Origin: Candidatus Wolfebacteria bacterium RIFOXYD12_FULL_48_21
GTDB taxonomy: Bacteria > Patescibacteriota > Minisyncoccia > UBA6257 > UBA9933
Direction: 5' to 3'
Assembly (NCBI GenBank): GCA_001793945.1
Contig: MGIW01000003.1
Span: forward strand, 129,630 to 193,629
Length of the DNA: 64,000 nt
Position numbers and translations under genes: made by a program. This document shows positions 41,116 to 50,830 of the stretch, one piece after another. The first letter of the stretch is position 1; every line of letters starts with the position of its first letter. The notes beneath the pieces were generated by a model. It made no database searches, was not told where the DNA came from, and saw only the letters and a list, made by a program, of their open reading frames with translations.

Positions 41116-41208
41116 CTTTGTAATTTTATTTATCGGTGGCTATTCCAAATTAAGGGTTGTCTTGTAAAATCCGCCATGGGCGAACTGCGCGACAAGCCTC
41201 AAAAAGGG

Positions 41209-41282
41209 TGGGTGATGAGGGATTCGAACCCCCGACCCTCTCGGTGTAAACGAGATGCTCTAACCAACTGAGCTAATCACCC
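41209..41282 (-). tRNA. tRNA-Val(TAC)
   Basis: The reverse complement reads GGGTGATTAGCTCAGTTGGTTAGAGCATCTCGTTTACACCGAGAGGGTCGGGGGTTCGAATCCCTCATCACCCA. Anticodon loop TTTACAC, T-loop TTCGAATC. Confidence 0.75.
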
Positions 41283-41379
41283 GAATTGACTAATAACTAC
41301 TAACTAATAACTTATAACAAAATACGATTTGACTCCTCTAAAAAGTGTTTCCATAATACCTTTACTTATTGCATTAGTC

Positions 41380-41621
41380 AATGTTTCTACGGATAAAATA
41401 GGCGCATTATCATCCCGTGCTCAAGCCTGTCCGCCAGCCGGCGGAACACGGGATCCAGAGTTTTTACATTGGCGATACTTAGGCATTCAGACCCTGGATT
41501 CCCGTTTTCCCTCCCAAGGTGGGCAGGCACGGGAATGACAATGCGGGGAGATAACCGATGACCAATAACTAATGACCGATAACGGGATGCAATGGAATGA
41601 AAATGCGGGGATGCGGGGGGG
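41380..41621. repeat. Hairpin repeat block (…gtcatcccgtgctcaagcctgtccgccagccggcggaacacgggatccag…, ctggattcccgttttccc…cacgggaatgacaatgcgggg, TAACYRATAAC)
   Basis: Shared modules. Confidence 0.6.
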
Positions 41622-42230
41622 TTATCTGTCTCCGTTTGGGAGCTGGGCGTCTTCCTTTATGGAGCGGCTGATCAGGCTTTCCACATAGATCATTCCTAAA
41701 AAGAACAGGGCTGTGAATATCGCCACTGTTTTTATGTCTTTTTTCCACAATTCGGCCCGTTCGGCGAACACATACCCTACCGAAACAAATGTTGTCGTCC
41801 AAATAAATGCAGCGGGGATGCTGTATTTAAGCAGTTTTTTGAATGGGGTTCTGAAATATCCGCTCGACATAAGCATAAATCGGTTCATTCCCCATGCGAA
41901 TTTTGACATAAAAATATACAATCCCTCGCGTTTTTTGAGCTTTTTGAACATATTTTCCAGCTTTTCCACATCAAAAATCCAAAATTTCTTTCTTTCCCCC
42001 GCGCCTACCTTCATTCCTATGGCCCAATACCCAATATCGTGCAAAATAACCGCGCAAAATGCCACTAAAATGGTATCCATGAAGTCGATAACCTGCCCGC
42101 GTACCAAAATGCCCGCCAAAATAAGGAACATCTCCCCCTCGATGAACATGCCCAAAAACACGATCATATAGGTCGCAATAAGGCCTATTTGGGTAAATTG
42201 CAGCAACAATGCCTCCATATTTTGTATCAT
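41622..42230 (-). CDS. DedA/VTT-family membrane protein
   Basis: LLLQFTQIGLIATYMIVFLGMFIEGEMFLILAGIL… matches the DedA N-terminal pattern. The start was chosen at MIQNMEAL. Confidence 0.55.
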   Translation of the reverse strand: MIQNMEALLLQFTQIGLIATYMIVFLGMFIEGEMFLILAGILVRGQVIDFMDTILVAFCAVILHDIGYWAIGMKVGAGERKKFWIFDVEKLENMFKKLKKREGLYIFMSKFAWGMNRFMLMSSGYFRTPFKKLLKYSIPAAFIWTTTFVSVGYVFAERAELWKKDIKTVAIFTALFFLGMIYVESLISRSIKEDAQLPNGDR

Positions 42231-42301
42231 ATCATTGCTTTGGGGGATAAAAAAGCCCGCCCATATCGCTATAGGCGGGTTATTCTCCTTAGGGAAGGCC
42301 A

Positions 42302-42727
42302 CTAGTCGAACATCCAGTCCTTGAGGACCCACTGTTCCACCTGCTGTTGGCCGTTGCCATTGAACCGGAATACCTTTTCGGTCGTCCCGATCACCCTGTT
42401 GCCGTACCGGCTATAGGCGACCACAAGCATGTGCACCACTTCTTCTCCGTGCACATGGTTCTTGATCTTGATGTCCACCGACTGCTTGGGTAGGTAAAAC
42501 ATCGGGAGTTCCGTTCCGTTTTGCACGAGCCGTATCTTGTATTGGCTCGCGTTTACGACCATGAGGTAGGAACTGTAGTAAAATGAGTTCTTACCCCCAT
42601 GCGTATACTCCTGCCGGTAATCCTGCTTATGCTCTACAGGAACTGCGGTGTAAATAGTAACCCCTTTTACTCCGCACCCACACAATAGGCACAGGGCCGC
42701 TAATGCGGCAATCGCCGTTTTCTTCAT
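42302..42727 (-). CDS. Lipoprotein (lipobox LLCGCG), unknown function
   Basis: MKKTAIAALAALCLLCGCG signal/lipobox. The start was chosen at this Met. Confidence 0.4.
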   Translation of the reverse strand: MKKTAIAALAALCLLCGCGVKGVTIYTAVPVEHKQDYRQEYTHGGKNSFYYSSYLMVVNASQYKIRLVQNGTELPMFYLPKQSVDIKIKNHVHGEEVVHMLVVAYSRYGNRVIGTTEKVFRFNGNGQQQVEQWVLKDWMFD

Positions 42728-42966
42728 TTCCGGCCTCCTTTTTTCCGGTTGCCCCTTTGCTGTTCCAGCGTATAGGATGCTGCCATGAACAAGCACCCGA
42801 TCAATACCCACAGAGCCCCGAGCACAATAGACGAGACTCCCACCGGTCTTCCCATTGCCGCCGTGCTTTTCAGCGCCGCAAACCCGTCACTTGTGACCTT
42901 GGCGCCAATTACGATAATGCCAAACGCCGAGAGCCTCTGTATGTACTTCCCGAGCTTTTCTCTCAT
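42724..42966 (-). CDS. Small hypothetical membrane protein
   Basis: ORF with two hydrophobic segments. The start was chosen at MREKLGKY. Confidence 0.2.
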   Translation of the reverse strand: MREKLGKYIQRLSAFGIIVIGAKVTSDGFAALKSTAAMGRPVGVSSIVLGALWVLIGCLFMAASYTLEQQRGNRKKGGRK

Positions 42967-43113
42967 GTTCCTGCCTCCCCATAGTAGTGGTTTTTGACTA
43001 AGTTCTAATATAATTTTACAACTTTTGTTTACTTTAGTCAATCCCCATATAACTAACACACACTTCGGACAAAAAGAGGCGTGGTACTTGATGGTTATGA
43101 ATGAGTTTGTCAT

Positions 43114-43275
43114 TCCGAGCGCAGCGGAGCGGAGTCGAGGAATCTGTTGCTACCAACAACTTTAGATTTCTCAACAGGATAGGGGACGGGGATCCAGGTT
43201 TTCTATAGCGGTGTCCGCTTTGCGCAAAAGACTCTGGATTCCGGCCTCCGCCGGAATGACAATACGGTATGGAAG
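43114..43275. repeat. Hairpin repeat block (gtcattccgagcgcagcggagcggagtcgaggaatctg…, ctggattccggcctccgccggaatgacaat)
   Basis: Shared modules. Confidence 0.6.
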
Positions 43276-43283
43276 GTGGACTA

Positions 43284-43324
43284 TAAAAATATCCGTCCGC
43301 CAGCTGGCGGACGGATATTTTTAT
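43284..43324. terminator. Bidirectional intrinsic terminator aaaaatatccgtccgccagctggcggacggatattttt downstream of thrS
   Basis: Perfect 11-bp stem with a 4-nt loop, an A-run 5' and a T-run 3'. Confidence 0.6.
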
Positions 43325-43325
43325 G

Positions 43326-45131
43326 TTATTTCGTCAATTCACTCTCTATTTCCTTAAGGAACACGCTTGTTTTCTTTATGCCCAGGTCGCCCTCGCCTCG
43401 CTTGCGAATGGCCACGCTTTTGGCGGCGACTTCCTTATCGCCGATAACCAATAGGTAGGGGATGCGTTTCATTTCCGCTTCGCGGATCTTTTTGCCAACG
43501 CTCCCGTCATAATCAGCCACTTCTACGCGCGCGCCCAATGCTTCAAGCTGGGCTGCGACTTCTTTTGCGTATGGAAGATGAGCTTCGCCCACATTGATGA
43601 CCTTGCACTGCACGGGGGATAGCCATGTCGGCAGGTCGCCCGCGGTCGTTTCGAGTAAGAATGAAAAGAACCGTTCGAATGACCCGAGGATGGCCCGGTG
43701 TATGACGACCACCGGCTGCTCCGTTCCATCTTTGTCTATGTAATTCAAGTTGAACTTTGCCGCGGAGTAGTAGTCTACCTGAATGGTCGCGATAGTATCT
43801 TCCTTTCCGTAAATGTTCTTGATCTGAATGTCTATCTTCGGCCCGTAGAACGATGCCTCGCCAAGCCCTTCGACGAATTCAAGTTTGAGCTTTTTAAGCA
43901 CGCTTCTCAGCACGCTTGCGCCGTCTTCCCACATTTTTTTGTTTTTTACATCGCCGTATTTCTCCTTGTTCTTGAAGTCGGGGAGGGAAAGGCGGAACCA
44001 GTAGCCACCGATGTTAAAATCATCGTAGACTTCCTTGAACAATTCGAGAATGCCGATTATTTCCGCTTCCAATTGTTCCTGCGTGGCGTAGATGTGCGAA
44101 TCGTTTTGGGTAAACCCGCGCGTGCGGATCATGCCGCTTAATGTTCCCGATCGTTCAAAGCGGAACACATTGCCGAACTCGGCCATGCGAAACGGCAGGT
44201 CGCGGTAGCTCATCAATTTATGGTTGTAAATCGAGTGATGATGTGGGCAGTTCATAGGGCGCAAATAGTAGCGCTCTCCCTCTATCTCGATCGGTGCGTA
44301 CATGTCTTCCTTATAATGGGCGAGGTGTCCGGAGGTTTTATACAACCCCTCTTTGGCCAAAATAGGCGTCAAAACATGCTTGTATCCAGCCTTTTGCTCC
44401 TTGTCGTACATGTAGGTTTCAATCAAGTGTCGCACCAAATATCCGTTCGGAAGCCACAAGGGGAGCCCTTTGCCGATCTTTTCATCTACCATAAACATGT
44501 CGAGTTTTTCGGCAAGCACGCGATGGTCGCGGCGCTCCGCCTCTGCCAACATATGCAAATGCGCTTCGAGATCTTCTTTTGTTTCAAAGGCAAGGCCGTA
44601 GATACGCGTAAGCATCGGGTTCTTTTCCGAACCTTTCCAATATGCCCCGGCGATCTTTTGCAGTTTAAATGCTTCCGGATTTATTTCTTTGGTCGATGCC
44701 ACATGCGGGCCCGCGCATAAATCGGCAAAAATCACTTCTTTACCGCTTTTTGTCGCGTACATCGTCGGCTCTTTGCCGTCTTTTTTTAGATCCTTGATCA
44801 GCTCCAATTTATATGGCTGATTTTTGAAAAACTTTTTTGCTTCGTCGTAGGTGGTCTTTTCTTTTTTAAACACCAACTCTTTTTTCATCAATCCGCGCAT
44901 GCGGTTTTCAAGCGCCTGCAAGTCTTTATCGGTCACTTTTGCGTTTCCAAAATCGAAATCATAATAAAATCCGTTTTCTATCACCGGCCCGATGCCGAGC
45001 TTGGTTCCCGAAAACTGCTTCAAAACCGCCTCTGCCAATAAGTGGGAAAGGGAGTGCCTGACCTTTTCCAAATTGTTGCCCATAGCTTTTTTACTAACAG
45101 CTTTTTTGATCGTTTTTTTCGTCGTTTTCAT
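43326..45131 (-). CDS. thrS: Threonyl-tRNA synthetase
   Basis: Class II aaRS motifs and a ThrRS-like pattern (…RDHRVLAEKLDMF…, …PMNCPHHHSIY…, the C-terminal anticodon-binding domain). Confidence 0.85.
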   Translation of the reverse strand: MKTTKKTIKKAVSKKAMGNNLEKVRHSLSHLLAEAVLKQFSGTKLGIGPVIENGFYYDFDFGNAKVTDKDLQALENRMRGLMKKELVFKKEKTTYDEAKKFFKNQPYKLELIKDLKKDGKEPTMYATKSGKEVIFADLCAGPHVASTKEINPEAFKLQKIAGAYWKGSEKNPMLTRIYGLAFETKEDLEAHLHMLAEAERRDHRVLAEKLDMFMVDEKIGKGLPLWLPNGYLVRHLIETYMYDKEQKAGYKHVLTPILAKEGLYKTSGHLAHYKEDMYAPIEIEGERYYLRPMNCPHHHSIYNHKLMSYRDLPFRMAEFGNVFRFERSGTLSGMIRTRGFTQNDSHIYATQEQLEAEIIGILELFKEVYDDFNIGGYWFRLSLPDFKNKEKYGDVKNKKMWEDGASVLRSVLKKLKLEFVEGLGEASFYGPKIDIQIKNIYGKEDTIATIQVDYYSAAKFNLNYIDKDGTEQPVVVIHRAILGSFERFFSFLLETTAGDLPTWLSPVQCKVINVGEAHLPYAKEVAAQLEALGARVEVADYDGSVGKKIREAEMKRIPYLLVIGDKEVAAKSVAIRKRGEGDLGIKKTSVFLKEIESELTK

Positions 45132-45185
45132 AGTGATGATATTACCCTTATTAAACGCCAAACCAACCAAAATTGCAAAACGCCA

Positions 45186-45214
45186 AATGTAACGATGTCT
45201 GACATCGTTACATT
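45186..45214. repeat. 29-bp REP-like palindrome AATGTAACGATGTCTGACATCGTTACATT immediately upstream of the RAYT gene
   Basis: Inverted repeat read directly from the sequence. Confidence 0.7.
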
Positions 45215-45233
45215 TGCGTGCTATTATATAAAC

Positions 45234-45914
45234 ATGTCTGAACTATACCATGCTCTTAACCGAGGAGTTGATAAGAAGAAAATATTTCTGGACAAACAGG
45301 ACCACTTGCGATTTATTCATGACCTTTATGAATTCAATGACGAAGCTCCGGCGAGCAATAATTGCCACGGCTTTCGCCGGATGCCGGTTAAATGTAACGA
45401 TGTCGGACGTCGTTATATTAAACGATCCCGATTGGTTACCATCCATGCATTCTGTCTCATGCCAAACCATTATCATCTGCTTTTAAGCCCGCGCGTCGAG
45501 AATGGTATCCCTTTATTTATGAAGAAGTTGAATGGCGGATATGCAAAGTATTTCAACGAACGATACGATCGAAAAGGGACATTATTTGAGGGAAGGTATA
45601 AGTCGGTGCCGGTAACGGCGCAATCACACTTTATTCACTTGCCCTATTATATTCACTTGAACCCGTTGGATATGTTTGATCACGGATGGCGGGATCGGGT
45701 AGTTCATAGCCATGCCGATACCATAAAATATTTGGAAAATTATCGATGGTCGAGCCATTTGGACTATTTGGGGAAAAAGAATTTCCCCTCGGTTACACAA
45801 CGAGAGTTCCTGCTCGAATTTTTTGGAGGACAGGAGGGATACGCGCAAGCGTTAGCCCAATGGGTCAAAGATATTAGTATCAACGAGATACATGACATCA
45901 TCTTAGAAAAGTGA
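45234..45914 (+). CDS. IS200/IS605-family Y1 (HuH) transposase of the REP-associated tyrosine transposase (RAYT) type, interrupted in-frame by a copy of its own palindrome (45391-45419)
   Basis: HuH motif CLMPNHYHLLL and Tyr motif GTLFEGRYKS. The palindrome is translated as …VKCNDVGRRYI… without a stop. Confidence 0.5.
   Translation: MSELYHALNRGVDKKKIFLDKQDHLRFIHDLYEFNDEAPASNNCHGFRRMPVKCNDVGRRYIKRSRLVTIHAFCLMPNHYHLLLSPRVENGIPLFMKKLNGGYAKYFNERYDRKGTLFEGRYKSVPVTAQSHFIHLPYYIHLNPLDMFDHGWRDRVVHSHADTIKYLENYRWSSHLDYLGKKNFPSVTQREFLLEFFGGQEGYAQALAQWVKDISINEIHDIILEK
45391..45419. repeat. Imperfect copy of the 29-bp palindrome inside the RAYT coding sequence
   Basis: aatgtaacgatgtcggacgtcgttatatt. Confidence 0.6.
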
Positions 45915-45928
45915 CTGCAGTAAACGCA

Positions 45929-45956
45929 AATGTAACGATGTCAGACGTCGTTACAT
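45929..45956. repeat. REP-like palindrome copy immediately downstream of the RAYT gene
   Basis: aatgtaacgatgtcagacgtcgttacat. Confidence 0.65.
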
Positions 45957-45970
45957 CGCAAGGTGTGCAT

Positions 45971-46004
45971 AAAAAGAAAGGCCCCGATTGCTCGGGGCTT
46001 TTTG
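45971..46004. terminator. Bidirectional intrinsic terminator (identical gccccgattgctcggggc hairpin)
   Basis: Third copy of the hairpin seen at 19062 and 20038. Confidence 0.5.
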
Positions 46005-46025
46005 TCGCTTCCTTAATCGCCGTTT

Positions 46026-46457
46026 TTATTCGTGGCGTTTGAGGCTGATACACTTTCGCTCGTTCGTTCGGGTATTGAGGGAGTAGGTGACGGTCATTTT
46101 CGTTCCGGGCTTTACCGCATCAAAGATCTGCGGGCTTACCCATTCGGCGAATGAATAGCCGTCATTGCAGTTGATCTGCAGCATCAGCTCACATTCTCCC
46201 GTTTTTCGGACATACTTCAATTCACCGTAGGGAACCTGTATCACGGGGGCGCCACTGTTAACGCGCGGGTAGCAGACATACTTCATCGCCACCCCTCCCT
46301 CCACCTCGTGGACCGAACTGGTCGGGTTTTTCTGCTCTTTTTTGGCTCCCCTTCGGTCTCTCACAAGGTTTAAAATAATCACCGCGAGACCGCCAATCGT
46401 TACAAAAATTGCCCCCATGACCAGCCCGAGACCCAGTTGGGCCAATAGCTTATCCAT
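46026..46457 (-). CDS. Hypothetical membrane-anchored protein. A ~46-aa hydrophobic micro-ORF overlaps its start at 46448-46588.
   Basis: N-terminal TM helix LGLGLVMGAIFVTIGGLAVIIL. Confidence 0.3.
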   Translation of the reverse strand: MDKLLAQLGLGLVMGAIFVTIGGLAVIILNLVRDRRGAKKEQKNPTSSVHEVEGGVAMKYVCYPRVNSGAPVIQVPYGELKYVRKTGECELMLQINCNDGYSFAEWVSPQIFDAVKPGTKMTVTYSLNTRTNERKCISLKRHE

Positions 46458-46684
46458 TTTTGTCGCCCTCCTTTTTGCGCTCTTTTAAAACCAGAGCGAT
46501 AAATGCCAACCATGAAAAAGCTACCAAAACGAGCGTAGCTATCCCTAAAAACTCCGGGTTTTCAGAAAACAACATCCTTATGTATTCCATACCTTTTCTC
46601 CCGTCCAAAAGTAATATTGAAAATCTACTGGGTTTATAGTGTCATTTATTTACCTGTTTGTCAACTTTTGCCAATAAAAAAGGC

Positions 46685-47030
46685 CCAGCGACATGTGTCG
46701 CCGGGCCTTGGAAGGCTTGCTGCTGAAGAAGTGAGGTAGTCTTTGTGGTGCTGAACCCACCTGACACGGCTTATTCCCCCAAGGTGATGGGGTACACGAC
46801 CTATTTGCCCCTGATGTTTTAATTGAGGTGCCCCCCCATAAAGCAAAGTGCCCTTCGCCCATCAGAAACTACTAATTCGCTTTGCCGATACCGTGTCCGA
46901 TCCAGCGCCCCGATGACGGAGCGGTATCCCCTTGTCCCCCACCTCTCCGGAGTTCTCCAGCAGCAAACTGCTAATCTCAATGATACTGGGGGAATCTTAG
47001 CCAATTGAGTAGTCCGTGTCAATGGCGCGG
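46685..47030 (-). ncRNA. Candidate structured non-coding RNA (~340 nt, GC-rich, no convincing ORF) ending in an intrinsic terminator on the minus strand
   Basis: The hairpin GGCCCGGCGACA-CATG-TGTCGCTGGGCC + UUUUUU forms a G-U wobble only in the minus-strand RNA (a C-A mismatch on the plus strand), implying minus-strand transcription. Six-frame ORFs are short and low-complexity. Confidence 0.2.
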
Positions 47031-47036
47031 GATAGG

Positions 47037-47470
47037 AGGGTGGGTATAAAGTATAAGGTATACAGTATAGGGTATGGGTGGGGTAATTTATAATTTTTAA
47101 TTTCTAATTTCTAATGAGGGAGGCGGGGATCCAGTATTCTCTGCGGTAGTGACACAGGGATATCTATACTCTGGATCCCGTGTCCCCGTATCGTGGTACG
47201 GGGCAGGCTGCGCACGGGATGACAATGCGGGGAGGAGAGGAGGGTATAAAGTATAAGGTATACAGTATAGGGTATGGGTGGGGTACGGGGGAGGGAGAAA
47301 AGAGATAAGAGGTGAGAGATGAGAGGGAAGGGGGAAATAACTTATGCCTGATAACGGATAATTAATAACGGGATGCGGGATACTAACTACTAACTAATGA
47401 CCGATGACGGGGGCCGGGGTGGAGACAGGAGGTTAGGGGTAAGGGAAAAGAGAGGGGAAGGAGAGTAATG
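47037..47470. repeat. Low-complexity and hairpin repeat block. The 46-bp direct repeat gggtataaagtataaggtatacagtatagggtatgggtggggta occurs at 47037 and 47245. There are also purine tracts, TAACYRATAAC and a ctggatcccgtgtccccgtatcgtggtacggggcaggctgcgcacgggatgacaatgcgggg module.
   Basis: Read directly from the sequence. Confidence 0.65.
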
Positions 47471-47472
47471 TG

Positions 47473-47502
47473 CAAAAAGTCGGCGCATGCGCCGACTTTT
47501 TA
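47473..47502. terminator. Intrinsic terminator aaaaagtcggcgcatgcgccgactttttatt downstream of dnaE
   Basis: Perfect 8-bp stem gtcggcgc/gcgccgac flanked by an A-run and a T-run. Confidence 0.55.
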
Positions 47503-47563
47503 TTCTGTTATTGGCTATGAGTTATAGGTTATTGGTTATTGGTTATAGGTTATAGGTTCTTAG

Positions 47564-50500
47564 TCAGATAAGCTCCACCGCGCCTTCGCAGATGAACTTC
47601 ATTTCTGTATCTTTTGCGGAGAGTTTGCCCTCTGCGACGATCAGTTTGTTTTCCACCCAGAGGTTCGGGTTGCGCGCGAGCGTTTCCGTGAACACGATTG
47701 CTTCGATGCTTTCGTTCGCGTCTTCAATGCGGGCAAATGCCATCGGCTTTCCTGCTTTAGTGGTTATCTTTTTTACTCCCGTTACCACGCCGGCGATGCG
47801 ATGCTTTTGTTGGTCTTTCTGCTCCAGCTGCAGTAGGTCACGAATAGATTTTACCTTGTATTGCACCAACTGTGCCTTGTGTTCGGAAAGGGGATGGTCG
47901 GAAATGTACAACCCGAGCAGTTCTTTTTCCCAGTTCAGCTTGTCCTTTTTAGAAATAGGCTCGGCATCCCTTAGATTCAAAACGCTTTTCGAATAGACCG
48001 TACCAAAGAGATTGTTTTGATTGGATACCTCATTCTTTTTCATCGTCTGCGAATACCGCAATATCTCGTCCATGTTCGCGAGTACCTTTCCCCGCTCAAG
48101 CTTGAACGAATCAAATACGCCGGCCTTGGTCAAACTTTCTATTGATTTTTTATTGATGTCCTTGTGCTTTACGCGCGTCAGGAAATCCTCGAGATCCACA
48201 TACGGTCCGCCGGCCTGTCGTTCGGCAATGATCGCTTCGACCACCGCGGCCCCTACATTTTTTATCGCCTGCAATCCGAATCGGATGCTCGTTCCTTGCG
48301 GAGCAAAGCTTACCGCACTTTCGTTTATGTCAGGCGGTAGCACCAACACGCCGTGCTTTTTTGCCTCATCTATTAGAAACGCGATGCGTTCCACATCGTC
48401 GCTTTCCGAGTTGAAAAGCGCCGTCATAAACTCAATAGGGTAGTGTGCCTTCAAGTACGCCGTCTGGTAACCTATCAATCCATAGCAGACGCTGTGCGAT
48501 CGGTTGAAACCGTATTTCGCGAACGGCGGGAACAATTCCCATATCTTCCGGGCTATCTTTTCGTTGATACCATTGGCGATCATACCGTTGATTAGCTTTC
48601 CCTCCTGCTCGTCGAGCAGTGCTTTGATCTTTTTGCCGATCGCCTTGCGCAATGTGTCCGCCTCGGCAAGCGTGTATCCGGCAAGGTCGCGCGCGATGCG
48701 CATCATCTGCTCCTGATAAATGCCGATGCCGTAGGTTTTTCCAAGGATCGGCGCGAGCATGGGGTGCAGAAGTTTTACTTCTTCACGGCCATACTTTCGG
48801 TTGATATAATCCGGGATCAGTTCCATTGGGCCCGGGCGATAGAGTGCCACCATGGCGACGACATCTTCGAATTCGGTTGGCTTTAGTTCCTTTAGATAGC
48901 GGCGCATGCCTGCGGATTCAAACTGGAACACTCCCACCGTATCGCCATTTTGCAGCACCTCAAATGTTTGCGCGTCATCCAGCGGAATGTCTGAAATATT
49001 TACAAGCTCTCCCGTGCTTTCCTGTACCAATCGCAATGCCTCTTCGATGATCGTCAGGTTTCGCAGTCCGAGAAAGTCCATTTTGAGCAACCCAAGTTTT
49101 TCAACGATTCCTTGTTCAAATTGCGTAATGACCGAATTTTCATTTTGCGGCGATCGCTGCAACGCCACCACATCGGTTAGCGGTTCCGCGGAAATGATAA
49201 TGCCGCACGCGTGCACCGACGCATGCCGGGCAACTCCTTCGAGTTTCTTTGCGGCGTCTATCAGCTTTTTTGCATCCGGATTTGTGGCATACATCGTGCG
49301 CATTTCTTCCACCGCGTCGAGCGCCTGTCCAAGATTTTTTACCGGAGTCGGGGGAGCGGGAACCAGCTTTGCCACCTGATCACAAAATGCATAGGGCAAG
49401 CCAAGCGCGCGACCTGCGTCGCGAATTGCCGCCCGTGCCGCCATTGTTCCGAATGTAATGATCTGCGCAACCCGGTCTTCTCCATATTTCTGCCGCACAT
49501 AATTTACTACTTCGTCGCGCCGCTTGTCGGCGAAATCAATATCAATATCGGGCATTTGGATGCGATCGGGATTCAGAAACCGCTCAAACAAAAGATCATA
49601 TTTGATCGGGTCCACATCGGTAATGTTCAGCACATAGGCTACGAGGCTTCCCGCCGCCGATCCTCGGCCCGGCCCCACCACCACCCCGTGATCGCGCGCC
49701 CATTTAATAAAATCTTGCACGATCAAAAAGTAATCGGCATACCCTGTGTTTCGTATAACGCCAATTTCGTATTCCATTCGATCGCTCACTTCCTGTGTAA
49801 TTTCTTTGTAGCGCGACGAGAGCCCTTCCCGTATTATTTTTTCGAGATAGTCCATGCTATCCATCCCTCCGGGTGTGGCAAACTTCGGCAAACGCACCAC
49901 ATCCAGCTCAAGCTCCACATTGCATCGCTCCGCTATCTTTGCCGTGTTTTCTATCGCTTCGGGAATATCGGCAAACCACTCTGCCATTTCTTCGGGCGAG
50001 TTCATTGCATAATTTTCATCCATCATAGACATGCGCCCTATGTCGTTCACCGTATTGCCGGTCTGGACCGCAAGTAAAATGTCTTGATATTGCGCATCTT
50101 CCGGGCGCGCATAATGAATATCTTTTGTTGCCACTACGGGGATGCCGAGTTTTTTCGCGATAGTTTTTAATCCTTTTACCGCGATATCCGCATCCGGAAT
50201 GTTCGGCAAATGCCATATTTCAATAAAAAAATTATCTTTGCCAAACAGATCCCTATACTCTTTTGCCACAGCCTCCGCTTCTTCCATTCGGCCGTGCACG
50301 CATAGTTGGGCTATTTCTCCGCCAAGACAACCGGACAGCGCAATAATCCCTTCGTGCCACTGCGCCAAGATCTCCCTATCTACTCGCGGCTTATAATAAA
50401 ACCCCTCCAAGTGCGAGCTTGAAGACAATTTAAGCAGGTTTTTCCAACCTTTTTCGCTCTCGCAGAGTAATGTGAGGTGGTTATAATTTTCCTTTGTTTT

Positions 50501-50767
50501 TTTGCCGGTTCCTTCGCTTTCGGATGGTGTCAGCTTCCGATCGAGCCGGCTGCCTTTTGCCACATAGGCTTCCATGCCGAGCAATGGCTTGATGCCGGAC
50601 TTTTTTGCCTTCGAGTAAAACTCAACCGCTCCATAGAGGTTGCCGTGATCGGTTAATGCCAATGATTCCATGCCGAGTTCTTTTGCGCGCGCAACAAGAT
50701 CGTCTATCTTTGCCAAACCATCGAGCAGGGAGTAGTGGGAGTGGGTGTGGAGGTGGGTGAATTTCAT
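47564..50767 (-). CDS. dnaE: DNA polymerase III alpha subunit
   Basis: N-terminal PHP domain (MKFTHLHTHSHYSLLDG), polymerase core motifs and a C-terminal OB fold, ~1067 aa. Confidence 0.9.
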   Translation of the reverse strand: MKFTHLHTHSHYSLLDGLAKIDDLVARAKELGMESLALTDHGNLYGAVEFYSKAKKSGIKPLLGMEAYVAKGSRLDRKLTPSESEGTGKKTKENYNHLTLLCESEKGWKNLLKLSSSSHLEGFYYKPRVDREILAQWHEGIIALSGCLGGEIAQLCVHGRMEEAEAVAKEYRDLFGKDNFFIEIWHLPNIPDADIAVKGLKTIAKKLGIPVVATKDIHYARPEDAQYQDILLAVQTGNTVNDIGRMSMMDENYAMNSPEEMAEWFADIPEAIENTAKIAERCNVELELDVVRLPKFATPGGMDSMDYLEKIIREGLSSRYKEITQEVSDRMEYEIGVIRNTGYADYFLIVQDFIKWARDHGVVVGPGRGSAAGSLVAYVLNITDVDPIKYDLLFERFLNPDRIQMPDIDIDFADKRRDEVVNYVRQKYGEDRVAQIITFGTMAARAAIRDAGRALGLPYAFCDQVAKLVPAPPTPVKNLGQALDAVEEMRTMYATNPDAKKLIDAAKKLEGVARHASVHACGIIISAEPLTDVVALQRSPQNENSVITQFEQGIVEKLGLLKMDFLGLRNLTIIEEALRLVQESTGELVNISDIPLDDAQTFEVLQNGDTVGVFQFESAGMRRYLKELKPTEFEDVVAMVALYRPGPMELIPDYINRKYGREEVKLLHPMLAPILGKTYGIGIYQEQMMRIARDLAGYTLAEADTLRKAIGKKIKALLDEQEGKLINGMIANGINEKIARKIWELFPPFAKYGFNRSHSVCYGLIGYQTAYLKAHYPIEFMTALFNSESDDVERIAFLIDEAKKHGVLVLPPDINESAVSFAPQGTSIRFGLQAIKNVGAAVVEAIIAERQAGGPYVDLEDFLTRVKHKDINKKSIESLTKAGVFDSFKLERGKVLANMDEILRYSQTMKKNEVSNQNNLFGTVYSKSVLNLRDAEPISKKDKLNWEKELLGLYISDHPLSEHKAQLVQYKVKSIRDLLQLEQKDQQKHRIAGVVTGVKKITTKAGKPMAFARIEDANESIEAIVFTETLARNPNLWVENKLIVAEGKLSAKDTEMKFICEGAVELI

Positions 50768-50830
50768 AGAGGGGTCGCGAATAATGCGAATTAGGCGCAA
50801 ATAATGCGAATACAAATAGACGCATATCAC

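Noticed and set aside
46685-47030. RNase P RNA, tmRNA, SRP RNA or 5S rRNA
   Set aside because: P4/CR-I (GGAAAGTCCGG) and CR-IV/CR-V motifs are not co-linear on either strand. There is no tRNA-like T-arm (GGTTCGAATCC) or resume-codon/tag frame for tmRNA. There is no GGAA tetraloop-containing SRP domain IV. Only a partial chance resemblance to 5S (CCCACCTGAC).
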